A DNA stretch of 64,000 nucleotides from NCBI GenBank assembly GCA_964457085.1, contig CAYWDM010000001.1, positions 45,082 through 109,081 on the forward strand. The letters run 5' to 3'. A program made the translations under genes and the position numbers. Positions 39,380 through 49,585 of this stretch are shown in pieces (the stretch's first letter is position 1; each line of letters opens with the position of its first letter). The notes below the pieces were generated by a model. It made no database searches. It was not told where the DNA came from and worked only from the letters and a program-made list of their open reading frames with translations. Source of the DNA: an uncultured Pseudomonadales bacterium (GTDB taxonomy: Bacteria; Patescibacteriota; Microgenomatia; UBA1400; PJMF01).

Positions 39380-41598
39380 AAAAGGCATTGATTATTGATT
39401 GCCAGATTTTCCAGAGTAGTACTTACTTTCGAGGAATTGGTAGATATTCCTTAAAATTATTGGAAAATATTTTGCCGTTACTTAAGGAAAAGGGTTTTTC
39501 AAATATTTTATTTCTTTTAAATAAAGACATTTCCACTTCAAACGATTTATCGGTTCTAAAAAAACTCAAGGCTGAATTCATTTTTATTAATTTAGGAAAA
39601 AACCCAAAAGCTAACCTCACCAATGAGAAACAAAAAATTAGATTGATTGACAGATACATTAGTCAAGAATTGTCTGAATTTGATGTATTTTTTCTAATGT
39701 TGAGTAATTTTGAAATTAATAACTCTTTCAGTGTTTTTCCAACAGAAACAACAAACTTACTTTTATTTTATGATTTGATACCTCATTTATTTCAGGATTT
39801 CTATTTAAGAACATCCGAGTTTGCTGATGAATATTATTTTAGATTTCGTAATATATTCAAAGCACATCAAATATTCAGTATTTCTGAAACTACAAAAAAT
39901 GATTTAATTACCTTTTTAAACATTAATGCAAATAAAATAATAAATATTGCTGGAGCTAGCATCATTTCGGTTGACTCACCTAGAAAAAAAATAAATAAAT
40001 TTAAAAATTACATACTTCTTCCAACAGGCAATGAATATAGAAAAAACAACCGGTACGCAATTAAATGCTTTGAGAGCTTACTAGATGACGAAAAATTTGA
40101 AGACGTTGAACTAGTTTTGACTTCAAACTTTGATTCTGACACTTCAAATCAACTCTTAAACGATATAAACGATTCGGTCGCGAAACGAATTCATTTTGCT
40201 GGCAATGTTTCAGACAACGATCTCTCCATACTATATTCTGAGGCTAGATTAATATTTTTTCCGTCATTATACGAAGGCCTAGGACTTCCTGTACTTGAAG
40301 CAATGACTTATTCGAAACCGATAGTAGCTTCAAACATATCTGTCTTTAGAGAATTCCAAGATAAAAATCTTATTTTTTGCGATTCCAAAGATGTTAGATC
40401 AGGAGTTAAAGCCCTAAAACTCCAACTTAAGAAATCGACAGCAATTGATTATTCCAAAACTCTTTTAAATTTTACTTGGACTAATTCAGCTACACAATTT
40501 ATTAAAAACCTCATTCCAGCTGTTAATCAAACACATAATAGAAAAAAGGTTGCAATTTTAACTCCAAATCCAGAAGGCTATTCTGCGATTGGCAAGGTAA
40601 CTCAAAATTTAGCTGCTTATTTGTCAGACTTTGTTGATGTAACCCTATTCATTGAAGATGGGGATAGAAATGTTGAGATTAGGAAATCATTTGCAAAATA
40701 TTGCTGGCCCACCAAATATTTATATGAAACAAATATAAACGAGCTTAATTCTTTTGATCGTATAATTATTCAAATGGGTAACTCAGCGTTCCACAGACTT
40801 TCATATCTTTGGGCTAGTATTATTTCAAGCAAGCTAATTCTTCATGACACTAATTTGCAGGGTTTAATTAATTGTATGTCAGATGAAAATGCTGAATTTG
40901 AGAACAGAATAAAGCTAGAAAAAGACTATTCAAAGGTATTAAGAATAAATAAAATCTCATACCCCAGTATTCTTGAAAAAGCCTCACAAGTAGTAGCACA
41001 TTCGATATTCGCAAGAAAACAGTTGTTGTCATATAAATCGAAATGCATCATCGCTGGCTTGCCAGTTCCAGGATTTATTAACACATTTAAAAATAAATCA
41101 AAAAAGCTCAAAGTTGGATTTGCAGGCATTATTGCAGACGCCAAAGGATTGAGTTTGCTGGAAAAACTGATATATAAATTCGATGATATTGAATTCATAA
41201 TTTTTGGCTTTCAACTCGGCAAACTACCAAATTTTTTAGGCACGGACATCTCTCAAAATGTTAAGTTGTATGTAAATCCGACCGACTTTGAATTTAACAA
41301 TTGTCTTGAAGAAATAGACTTACTTCTTTCATTTAGAGAAACAACAAATGGAGAGTCATCGCTATCAACACTTGAAGCAATGAGAGTCGGAGTACCGCCA
41401 ATTGTAAATAATATTGGTTGGTTTTCTGAGATTCCCGATAACTCTTGCTTTAAAGTTACTAGCCATGATGATGTTATCTCTATGTTTTCTGATTTACTGT
41501 CTCTTAGGAGAATAATTGACGAGAAGATTCCAAACTGCAAAAAATTTATCGAGAGTTATCATTCTTTCAACGACTACTCTAAATTTTTGATAAAATGA
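39376..41598 (+). CDS. Two-domain GT4 glycosyltransferase (WbdA-like architecture)
   Basis: Domain 1: RGIGRY, YDLIP, PSLYEGLGLPVLEAM. Domain 2: QMGNS.FH, LHD, GESSLSTLEAM. Confidence 0.85.
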   Translation: MKKALIIDCQIFQSSTYFRGIGRYSLKLLENILPLLKEKGFSNILFLLNKDISTSNDLSVLKKLKAEFIFINLGKNPKANLTNEKQKIRLIDRYISQELSEFDVFFLMLSNFEINNSFSVFPTETTNLLLFYDLIPHLFQDFYLRTSEFADEYYFRFRNIFKAHQIFSISETTKNDLITFLNINANKIINIAGASIISVDSPRKKINKFKNYILLPTGNEYRKNNRYAIKCFESLLDDEKFEDVELVLTSNFDSDTSNQLLNDINDSVAKRIHFAGNVSDNDLSILYSEARLIFFPSLYEGLGLPVLEAMTYSKPIVASNISVFREFQDKNLIFCDSKDVRSGVKALKLQLKKSTAIDYSKTLLNFTWTNSATQFIKNLIPAVNQTHNRKKVAILTPNPEGYSAIGKVTQNLAAYLSDFVDVTLFIEDGDRNVEIRKSFAKYCWPTKYLYETNINELNSFDRIIIQMGNSAFHRLSYLWASIISSKLILHDTNLQGLINCMSDENAEFENRIKLEKDYSKVLRINKISYPSILEKASQVVAHSIFARKQLLSYKSKCIIAGLPVPGFINTFKNKSKKLKVGFAGIIADAKGLSLLEKLIYKFDDIEFIIFGFQLGKLPNFLGTDISQNVKLYVNPTDFEFNNCLEEIDLLLSFRETTNGESSLSTLEAMRVGVPPIVNNIGWFSEIPDNSCFKVTSHDDVISMFSDLLSLRRIIDEKIPNCKKFIESYHSFNDYSKFLIK

Positions 41599-42731
41599 AA
41601 AAGATTTTGATAATTAGTCCCTTTTTGCCCTCAAGGGATGTTGATGGTGGCTCAAAACGTTTATTTTTTTTATTAAAAGAGCTGTCAATATACTTTGATA
41701 TAGATTTAATTTATTTAAGGACTGAGCAAACTCCGCATCTTGATCAGAGAATTAAAGTTTTTTGTAAAAAAGTTACATCAATTGAGATTGAACATAACAT
41801 AACCTCAGTGTGGAGTACACCGTTTTGGTTTTACAAGTGGTACTCAAAAAAACTTCGTGAAGAAGTTGACATGCAGCTTAAAAAAACAAAATATTATTTA
41901 ATTCAAGTAGAATCTACCCAACTACTTTACCTTTCAGATTTACTTCCAAAGCATGTTTTTAAAATTTTTTCTGCTTACGATGTTTCCACGATTTCTTTCT
42001 TTAGACGACAATTTGATAAACCGCTACCAGTCAGAGTCTTAAATTATTTTAGAGTGTTTCGGGTATATCTTTTTGAACTATTCAACCTAAGTAAATTTAA
42101 CCTAATTCTATCTGTTTCGATTGATGACGCACAATACATTAAGAAACTTTTTGGAATTAATTGCACTCTGGTCCTTGAAAACGGAATAGAAGAAATTAAA
42201 AAAAGAGTCAAAAATACTTCTAATAAAACCATTGTTGGCTTTTTAGGCTCATATGAGCATCATCCAAACACACAGGCTGTATCATTCATTATTAATAAAA
42301 TTTTACCAGAAATTGATGGTACTGATTCTATTTTGTTTTGCATTGCTGGCGGTAAATTGCCATTTAAGCCATCCTCGCCTTTAATAAACTATATTGGATA
42401 TATCAAAAATTTGGATGACTTTTTTTCTCAAATAGATGTATTCATTGCACCAATTTTTTCTGGATCTGGCTCTAGAATAAAGATTCTTGATGCCTTAGCT
42501 CATAAAATTCCCGTTATTTCAACAAATATTGGAGCAGAGGGGCTTCCCAGTTGTGTTACAAAATACATAAGAATTGCGAACTCAGGGAAAGAATTCGCAA
42601 TTGCATTGAAAACTTTGAACAAAGAACACGTTAGCATTTTTTCAGATGCAGATCTTAAGAACATTATTTGGAGCAATATAGTATCAAAATATGTTTTTCA
42701 GCTCAAAAAAATAATTAATGAGTATGAATAG
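41595..42731 (+). CDS. GT4 glycosyltransferase
   Basis: DGGSKR, ENG, GFLGS..HHPN, PIFSGSGSRIKILDAL. Confidence 0.85.
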   Translation: MKKILIISPFLPSRDVDGGSKRLFFLLKELSIYFDIDLIYLRTEQTPHLDQRIKVFCKKVTSIEIEHNITSVWSTPFWFYKWYSKKLREEVDMQLKKTKYYLIQVESTQLLYLSDLLPKHVFKIFSAYDVSTISFFRRQFDKPLPVRVLNYFRVFRVYLFELFNLSKFNLILSVSIDDAQYIKKLFGINCTLVLENGIEEIKKRVKNTSNKTIVGFLGSYEHHPNTQAVSFIINKILPEIDGTDSILFCIAGGKLPFKPSSPLINYIGYIKNLDDFFSQIDVFIAPIFSGSGSRIKILDALAHKIPVISTNIGAEGLPSCVTKYIRIANSGKEFAIALKTLNKEHVSIFSDADLKNIIWSNIVSKYVFQLKKIINEYE

Positions 42732-44085
42732 AAAAATTTGGTTTGACATTTCATATCTCTCAAATTGGTCTGGCAACCCAGTAGGTATAATTAGAGTTCA
42801 AATGGAGCTAGCTCATAGATTGCTTCAAACAGATGGCGTGTCATTTTGCAAATATAATTCAAAAAACTGTTCCTTTGAAAAAATACCCAAATCTGAAGTG
42901 ATGTCCATTTTACTGAGAATCAAAAGTGGATCCAATAAAACTAAGGTAATTCCTAAACACTCAAAGCTAGGATTTTTAAAAAAAGATTTATTTAATTTGA
43001 TTAAATCAAAGAGCACGAATCGAAGTTTTCATATTGCTATTGATTTATTGTCAGAAAGAATTAGCGATTTCTTTTTTAAGTATTTAATAATGCCATTCAA
43101 GTTGATGAGGTTAAATGGATTGATTTGCAGCTTTAAAAAATTAAATTTTATAAAAAGACAACCAGATTCTATTTTTGATCAGAACTCGATATACATCAAT
43201 ATAGGTTTACATTGGGAAGAGCCTATTTTTTATGAAATTTTACAACAAAAAATATTAAAGAATTTGAGTGTGATCACAATGTGCTTCGATTTAATTCCAG
43301 TTTTGAAACCTGAATATTTTCTCAATAAGTTGACTAAAATATTTCGGTACTATTTTTTTCTTCAAAATAAAGTGTCTGACAAAATCGTGTGCATTTCAGA
43401 ATTTACAAAAGTTGAATTTGAGAAATGGACAAGAAATAATTTCAATCATACAGCCTCAACAATGGTAATCCATTTATCAACACCCAAAAAAAATACTTCA
43501 AAAAATATTTTGGTACCCAATCGATTCGGTATATATACCCCGTTATCATTTATTTTATATGTTTCTACAATTGAATCAAGAAAAAATCATCAGATATTGT
43601 TTGATGCGTACAAACTTGCATACAAAAAAGACAAGCTGAATGAAATGCCACACTTAATTTTGGTTGGCAGATTAGGTTGGGGTGTTGAAAAAACAATTTC
43701 TGATTTTTACTCAAATTCTGAGCTGCAACAGAAAATATCCATATTTCACGATGTTTCAGATGCGGAGTTACATAATCTTTATTTGAATTGTTGCTTCACT
43801 GTTTACCCATCAAAATATGAGGGCTGGGGCTTGCCTATTTCTGAGTCCCTTGTATGGGGGAAATTTTGTATTGCTTCGGACAATTCATCCTTGAGAGAGG
43901 CAAGTCAAAATCTTGCTGAGCATATTTCTGAGACTGACGTCGAACTATGGTATAGAGTAATCTTAAAATATTACCAAAACGAATCTCTATTAAAGATAAA
44001 AGAAGAAAATATTAAATTGGAGTACAGATCAAGATCCTGGGAAAACTTTTATAATGACTTTATGAGTTACGTCTTGAAAGAGTAG
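42718..44085 (+). CDS. GT4 glycosyltransferase (MtfB/WbpX-like)
   Basis: GIIRV, FDLIPV..PEY, VSTIESRKNH, YPSKYEGWGLPISES. Confidence 0.88.
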   Translation: MSMNRKIWFDISYLSNWSGNPVGIIRVQMELAHRLLQTDGVSFCKYNSKNCSFEKIPKSEVMSILLRIKSGSNKTKVIPKHSKLGFLKKDLFNLIKSKSTNRSFHIAIDLLSERISDFFFKYLIMPFKLMRLNGLICSFKKLNFIKRQPDSIFDQNSIYINIGLHWEEPIFYEILQQKILKNLSVITMCFDLIPVLKPEYFLNKLTKIFRYYFFLQNKVSDKIVCISEFTKVEFEKWTRNNFNHTASTMVIHLSTPKKNTSKNILVPNRFGIYTPLSFILYVSTIESRKNHQILFDAYKLAYKKDKLNEMPHLILVGRLGWGVEKTISDFYSNSELQQKISIFHDVSDAELHNLYLNCCFTVYPSKYEGWGLPISESLVWGKFCIASDNSSLREASQNLAEHISETDVELWYRVILKYYQNESLLKIKEENIKLEYRSRSWENFYNDFMSYVLKE

Positions 44086-44128
44086 GTATTTGTCTTACCA
44101 TATTGATACAATTAGTTGTAATTAATTC

Positions 44129-45052
44129 ATGAAAAAACTGTTTATAACAATTCCAGCATTCAATGAGGAAAAGTCAATTGCGGCTGTTATAAAATCCATT
44201 CCAAAAAAGATCCCTGGTATTAGTTCTATCAAAATTTTAGTTTGGAGTGATGGATCATTGGACAATACTGCCACAGTTGCGAGTGAAGCTGGTGCAGATT
44301 ATGTTTTTAATAGTCCAAGGAATTTTGGTTTGGCATACACATTTGATCAGGCAAGCAAAAAAGCAATTGAACTTGGTGCAGATATAGTTGTGAATACTGA
44401 CGCTGACAACCAATATGACCAAAAAGAGATTTTAAATCTAGTCAAACCAATTCTCGACAATAAAGCAGACATAGTAAGTGGAGATAGACAGATCGCTACC
44501 CTTTCACATATGCCAAACTCAAAAAAATATGGCAATATGATTGGCAGCTGGGTTATTAGAAATTTATCTGAATCCAACATTCAAGATGCATCTTCTGGAT
44601 TCAGAGCCTATAACAAAAAAGCAATTCAATTATTTAGGATATTTTCAAGACACACATACACACATGAAACATTAATCCAAGCTGTATATGGTGGTTTGTC
44701 AGTGATTGAGGTGCCTGTGACATTTAAGAAAAGATCCTCAGCATCAGGACAATCACGGCTAATTGGTGACGTAATAAGCCACATTCTCAAGTCTGGACTC
44801 ACCATAGTTAGAACTATCCTAATGTTCAGAGCACTAAGGTTAATGCTGATCCTTGGTTCAATAGAATTATTTTTTGCATTGATACTTAGCTTGCGCTATC
44901 TATACCTACTTTTGGTATTAAATGTTGGAGTAGGCCACACACAATCTCTAATCTTAGCTTCTATGCTGTTTACCATGTCACTAATCTCCTATTTACTTGG
45001 TATTATTGCTGACTTAATTGCGGTTAACCGCAAAATCATGATAGGTTGGTAA
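44129..45052 (+). CDS. GT2 DPM1-like polyprenol-phosphate glycosyltransferase
   Basis: IPAFNEE, DGSLD, NTDADNQY, DASSGFRAY, two C-terminal TM. Confidence 0.88.
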   Translation: MKKLFITIPAFNEEKSIAAVIKSIPKKIPGISSIKILVWSDGSLDNTATVASEAGADYVFNSPRNFGLAYTFDQASKKAIELGADIVVNTDADNQYDQKEILNLVKPILDNKADIVSGDRQIATLSHMPNSKKYGNMIGSWVIRNLSESNIQDASSGFRAYNKKAIQLFRIFSRHTYTHETLIQAVYGGLSVIEVPVTFKKRSSASGQSRLIGDVISHILKSGLTIVRTILMFRALRLMLILGSIELFFALILSLRYLYLLLVLNVGVGHTQSLILASMLFTMSLISYLLGIIADLIAVNRKIMIGW

Positions 45053-45060
45053 CTATTTAT

Positions 45061-45954
45061 ATGAATTTTAACTTTTCATTTGATTTCTGGACATTATGGG
45101 GGCTCTGTGCTCAAACTTTGTTTTTTGGCAGGTTTGTACTGCAGTGGCATCAATCAGAAAAAGCTAAGAAGGTTGTGATGCCTACATATTTTTGGCATTT
45201 AAGCTTGCTTGGTGCTGCCATGTTCGGTGTGTATGCGTTAGTTCGACAGGACATAGTTTTTATCATTACAGCCATCTTGCAATTAGTTCTCTATGGTAGA
45301 AATCTAGTAATAGCTATTAACCAGCCAAAAGAACCATCTCCATTTGTTAGCGGAAACTTAGAAGATAAATATCACACTAAGAATCCAGTTTCAAAATTAT
45401 TAATGAATCATTTTCTACGTGAATTTACTCACATACTAGATGAAGCTAAATCAAGGCACTCAATTAAAACGATATGCGAAGTTGGTTGCGGAGAAGGTGA
45501 ATTGCTTAAAATTCTTCATCAAAAATTCCCAGATGCTAAATTGTCTGCCTGTGATATTGCGAATTCCGAAACAAAAAAAGCTAAAACAAACACAAAAGAT
45601 TTTAATGTTCATTTTACAAACCAAAATGCCGAAAAATTATCTCAATATACTAATAAACAATTCGACTTAGTTATTTGCTGTGAGGTGCTAGAACACTTAG
45701 AAAATCCTCAGAATGGAATCTCAGAGCTAAATAGAATTGCCAAATTTGGAGTAACTTCTGTTCCTCTTGAACCACTCTGGAGTTTACTCAACCTCTTTAG
45801 ACTAAAATATATTTCTTCTCTGGGAAATACTCCAGGGCATTTGAATAATTGGTCATCGCAATCATTTATGTCGAATATTCTTAATCAGAAATCAACTATT
45901 ATCCTCAAAAAACTGCCATTACCATGGCAAATGTATTTACTAAAATTTGAATAA
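45061..45954 (+). CDS. Fusion: LAB_N (lipid-A-biosynthesis N-terminal) membrane domain + class I methyltransferase
   Basis: N-term GLCAQTLFFGRFVLQWHQSEK..VVMP.YFW.LSLLG...YGRNL; C-term EVGCGEG, FDLVICCEVLEHLENP, SVP.EP. Confidence 0.8.
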   Translation: MNFNFSFDFWTLWGLCAQTLFFGRFVLQWHQSEKAKKVVMPTYFWHLSLLGAAMFGVYALVRQDIVFIITAILQLVLYGRNLVIAINQPKEPSPFVSGNLEDKYHTKNPVSKLLMNHFLREFTHILDEAKSRHSIKTICEVGCGEGELLKILHQKFPDAKLSACDIANSETKKAKTNTKDFNVHFTNQNAEKLSQYTNKQFDLVICCEVLEHLENPQNGISELNRIAKFGVTSVPLEPLWSLLNLFRLKYISSLGNTPGHLNNWSSQSFMSNILNQKSTIILKKLPLPWQMYLLKFE

Positions 45955-45959
45955 AACAT

Positions 45960-46523
45960 ATGTCACAAGAGTCTGAGGGTATTTTTTCACCATTTCTAAG
46001 AAAACAGCGTTATGTACAAGCCAAGAAATATGTACCAAAACGTGCAAAACTGCTTGATATAGGCTGTGGGTCTGGAGGTTTTAGTCACTATGTACCAAAG
46101 TCTGTTAGTTATTTTGGAATAGATGCGCAGCTTCGATGGCCAAAAAAAATTAAGAACTTCGGTGTGGCAAAAATAGGCAAAAAGTATCCAATGTTTGTCC
46201 AAGAGGATTCCTTCGATTGTATCGTTAGCTTGGCGGTTATCGAGCACTTATCAGACCCACTAATACTAATTACTGAGTCACAGAAATATCTCAAAAACAA
46301 TGGCGTGCTGATTCTCACGACTCCGCATCCTATAGGTAGATTTTGGCATGACTATGGCGCCAAAATAGGTTGGTTTAGTCATGAAGCTAGTGAAGAACAT
46401 GAACAATTTATAGATTTGAGGTTCATGAACAAAATGCTAAATGGTACAAAAATGAAATTGATCAATTATCGCAGATTCTTATTTGGATTTAATCAGATTT
46501 TTGTGCTGAAAAAAACTCTGTAA
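45960..46523 (+). CDS. Class I SAM-dependent methyltransferase
   Basis: LLDIGCGSG, FDCIVSLAVIEHL, LKNNGVLILTTP. Confidence 0.88.
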   Translation: MSQESEGIFSPFLRKQRYVQAKKYVPKRAKLLDIGCGSGGFSHYVPKSVSYFGIDAQLRWPKKIKNFGVAKIGKKYPMFVQEDSFDCIVSLAVIEHLSDPLILITESQKYLKNNGVLILTTPHPIGRFWHDYGAKIGWFSHEASEEHEQFIDLRFMNKMLNGTKMKLINYRRFLFGFNQIFVLKKTL

Positions 46524-48542
46524 ACGATTAACCGTGTCGTCTATTGCTAATAAAATAACTAAAATTAAAAGTGACGCAATTGATTTAATCAAGTCTTCCA
46601 TGGAAAATCTAAAGTCACGGAAAATTGGCAGAAACATACTTAAATCTGAAAAAAGTGTGCCTGAATTTACAAAGAATAAGTTTTTGAATGATCCAACATA
46701 TAATGGTTGCATTACTGTCTCAAGAACTATAGAACCGTAAAGTTGATAAGCTGAGATTGTGGCAAGGAAAACAAATACATATTTATTCAATGTTTTTTCA
46801 AGATATGGTATTAGTAAAATAAACACAAAAGGCATTACTGCGATAAATTGTCTCAGAGGTTGGGAGCCTCCACCGAATGATCCGAGATATGCATGTGGAG
46901 CTAAATGAAGAAGAATCATCAATATCGAGATTGAAAAAATATCAATTTTTTTATTTATGAGACTTATGCTCCCTTTTATAATTTTTCTAAATGACTTGGC
47001 AGCAAAAATTGAATATGGCATCCACAAAAATATACCTACCCTCGAATCAATGAAGTTGCCAACAAAATTCCGTAAAAACGGAAATGGTGAGATACCTCTA
47101 TAATTAACTTGATTTGAATAAAAACTCTTCAGAGATATTGATCCAAAAAGTAAGTAATTTACTAAGAAAAAAGATAAAATTAACAATAAATATGGTGCAA
47201 CCAATAAATCAACACCAAATCTATTTTTTTTGAAATCTATATTTATCCAAAAGTAAACCGATGCCAAAAATATTGATGTCAGCAAATATTTAACACCGAG
47301 CAAAGGTAGTAGACCTAGAAATATAATTGAAATTATTTTGTAAATTGGCATATTCAAACGAAAAGAAACAAGTGAAAACATAAAGACAGTGGATGCAATT
47401 ATTTCTGGATAAATAGCTGTAATAAAGAATAGCTCAGGAGAAAGGATGGTGAAAATACCTATTAACAATAAGGGGGACTTAAATCCTGGAAAATATATTT
47501 TAACAACTTTAAAAAATAAATACGTTTGAATAATAAAAATGACACTCATTAATATATACCCAGACTGTTGTACAGTTAAATAGTTTGAAAAGATAAATCT
47601 AGATGGAATCAAAATAAAACTCATTAAATATCCATGAGCACTATATAATTTTCCATCTTTCGGTGAAAAATATGCATGCGTTTCTGCCCCATTTATATTT
47701 GGTATTTGATTGACAAGGTTTCCTTGATAGAGACTTGTCATATCTATTGTTCTATTTTCAACTTGGTTAAGCATATTTAGAAGATAATGTGGTTCATCTC
47801 CTATTGCATCAAATCGATGAGAATAAATTGCTAGCAACACTGTTAAAATAATAAGTGCTAAGAATTTCACTAGGTTATGAATTTTTGACCTATCTAAGAA
47901 TTTAAAAAATGAAAAAGTAAGTAAAACAACAAACACAGATAAAATAACCAACTTTACTGAAATAAAATCATCTAGAGCGAAGCCATTATTTGAAATTAAT
48001 TCTAACTCCATTCCTCGTACCGTAATTCCTTTTCTTAATCCCACAAGTGAAAACTCTACATTAGACTCATCATAATGATTGTTAAACTCAAACTTGTTTT
48101 CGACATTACCGCCCCAAATAAAAAAAATGTGTTCATATATTTTTTTTTTGGCTTTATTAGCCAAAACATTTACGCCCAGCAATGGTGTCCCATTGTTTTC
48201 TCTAGTATCTAACTCATAGTCCACAGTCAAGCGATATTTTCCCCTTGCCAATTTCATATATGGACCATGACTGATAAGACCAGGTGCAGTGCTTGTTATT
48301 TTTAGATTTTGCGAGTCATCTCTTGTAAAATCAACCAATTCTTGATTCGCCCATAATCCCAGTGGTCCCTCATAATAAAAGTTGGAAACTTTATCAGGCA
48401 TTATTTTTTTTTGAAAAAGAAACAAAAAAAATCCAACTAACGCGACAAAAGAAAACAAGAATGATATTCTAAATACATAAAACAAAAACTTTTGATTGGA
48501 TCTAAGTTTTAACATTCTTTGTACCTTTAATAATGAGATCAT
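46479..48542 (-). CDS. Polytopic GT-C-like protein with N-terminal extracytoplasmic domain
   Basis: TM, then a ~150-aa beta-rich domain (GPYMKLARGKY), then many TMs with GDEPHY, YPE, GGG...RQF. Confidence 0.6.
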   Translation of the reverse strand: MISLLKVQRMLKLRSNQKFLFYVFRISFLFSFVALVGFFLFLFQKKIMPDKVSNFYYEGPLGLWANQELVDFTRDDSQNLKITSTAPGLISHGPYMKLARGKYRLTVDYELDTRENNGTPLLGVNVLANKAKKKIYEHIFFIWGGNVENKFEFNNHYDESNVEFSLVGLRKGITVRGMELELISNNGFALDDFISVKLVILSVFVVLLTFSFFKFLDRSKIHNLVKFLALIILTVLLAIYSHRFDAIGDEPHYLLNMLNQVENRTIDMTSLYQGNLVNQIPNINGAETHAYFSPKDGKLYSAHGYLMSFILIPSRFIFSNYLTVQQSGYILMSVIFIIQTYLFFKVVKIYFPGFKSPLLLIGIFTILSPELFFITAIYPEIIASTVFMFSLVSFRLNMPIYKIISIIFLGLLPLLGVKYLLTSIFLASVYFWINIDFKKNRFGVDLLVAPYLLLILSFFLVNYLLFGSISLKSFYSNQVNYRGISPFPFLRNFVGNFIDSRVGIFLWMPYSIFAAKSFRKIIKGSISLINKKIDIFSISILMILLHLAPHAYLGSFGGGSQPLRQFIAVMPFVFILLIPYLEKTLNKYVFVFLATISAYQLYGSIVLETVMQPLYVGSFKNLFFVNSGTLFSDLSMFLPIFRDFRFSMEDLIKSIASLLILVILLAIDDTVNRLQSFFQHKNLIKSK

Positions 48543-49561
48543 TTGCTGCTTTTCTCTCCATTGTGTACAAAAATTAAATTTGCGAACGTGGTATATACCA
48601 ATTCATACGGCAACAACTTAAAAAAACTGAGCAGCTTATTCTTTTGACTCTCACTTCCAAATGTCAAATATTCAACTATTATGACCTTTGGGTTTATTTT
48701 TTTAAAGTTTAGTGATTCTAAAACATCAATTTCTGTCCCCTCTGTATCAATACTTAAAATATCAATGGACTCAATACCATTTTCAGTGATAATTTGCTCA
48801 AGTGATTTTACTGTTACAAATAGCTCGCTTTTTTTCTGCTTTCTTAAACGGTCAATTTTAGAGTCCACCAATCTAGACCAGTCAGGAGAAGAATCACTTA
48901 TCTCAAACTTACGCTGACCAGTCACACTAGAAACTGCTGTCTGAAAAACCTTATCTCTAAATTTACTTGCTAGTTTGTAGTTTTCGGGGTTTGGCTCGAA
49001 ACAAATTCCTTTCCAACCCTGTTTTTCAAAGTAATAAGTATTTGAATAAGTAATTCCATCTGCAGCACCCACATCAAGAAAAAAACCTTTTTTTGGTAAT
49101 TTAATATTATTTGAAATCCAGCTATCCTCACCAAATTGAGAGAAAAATATTTTACTTCCCTTACTATGTAGGTTTGATTTGCCATTCAATATGATTAATT
49201 TTTGAATCTCATAAACCGAGTTCATTCTTATTTGCAGATCAGTGAATGACCTTTGGTATTGTCCAAACACTTGTTCAATTTCTTTAAACTTTTGTTCTTG
49301 TAGCTTAATTAAATCTTGATGGTTCAATATGTCATTATTTAGAATGAGAAAGAGAGATTTTACATATTCATTAAAATGAATTTGAGCAGCTGAATATTTG
49401 AATAATTGCTTGTAAATAGCATCTCTCAAAAATCCAAAATTGCGATTTTTTGCTGATGATTTAAAAGTCACAAAATTTTCTTGAATTAGTTTAAGCAAAG
49501 ACCCTTTAGTGTCATACTTTTTTACTTCTGTACTATTGCTGATATTTTTTTTCATGCTCAT
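48539..49561 (-). CDS. FkbM-family methyltransferase with N-terminal coiled-coil extension
   Basis: SQFGED, FLDVGAADGITYSNTYYFE..GWKGICFEP, LSIDTEGTE, IIVEY. Confidence 0.88.
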   Translation of the reverse strand: MSMKKNISNSTEVKKYDTKGSLLKLIQENFVTFKSSAKNRNFGFLRDAIYKQLFKYSAAQIHFNEYVKSLFLILNNDILNHQDLIKLQEQKFKEIEQVFGQYQRSFTDLQIRMNSVYEIQKLIILNGKSNLHSKGSKIFFSQFGEDSWISNNIKLPKKGFFLDVGAADGITYSNTYYFEKQGWKGICFEPNPENYKLASKFRDKVFQTAVSSVTGQRKFEISDSSPDWSRLVDSKIDRLRKQKKSELFVTVKSLEQIITENGIESIDILSIDTEGTEIDVLESLNFKKINPKVIIVEYLTFGSESQKNKLLSFFKLLPYELVYTTFANLIFVHNGEKSSK

Positions 49562-49585
49562 ATTTAATTTTGTAACAAATAAATA

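Larger units (their letters stand above)
32393..49570. other. AT-rich variable glycan-biosynthesis island
   Basis: Spot G+C counts: 14/60 (39901-39960) and 18/60 (49501-49560) versus 29/60 just outside (49621-49680); Lys/Asn/Ile/Phe-rich proteins; left edge follows the wzt remnant. Confidence 0.8.

Noticed and set aside
45061-45330. LAB_N as evidence for lipid A synthesis
   Set aside because: No LpxB catalytic domain or other lpx/kdo genes in the window; the domain name alone does not imply lipid A.
32129-49570. Prophage, integron or IS-bounded element
   Set aside because: No integrase, transposase, phage gene, attC-like array or adjacent tRNA recognised.
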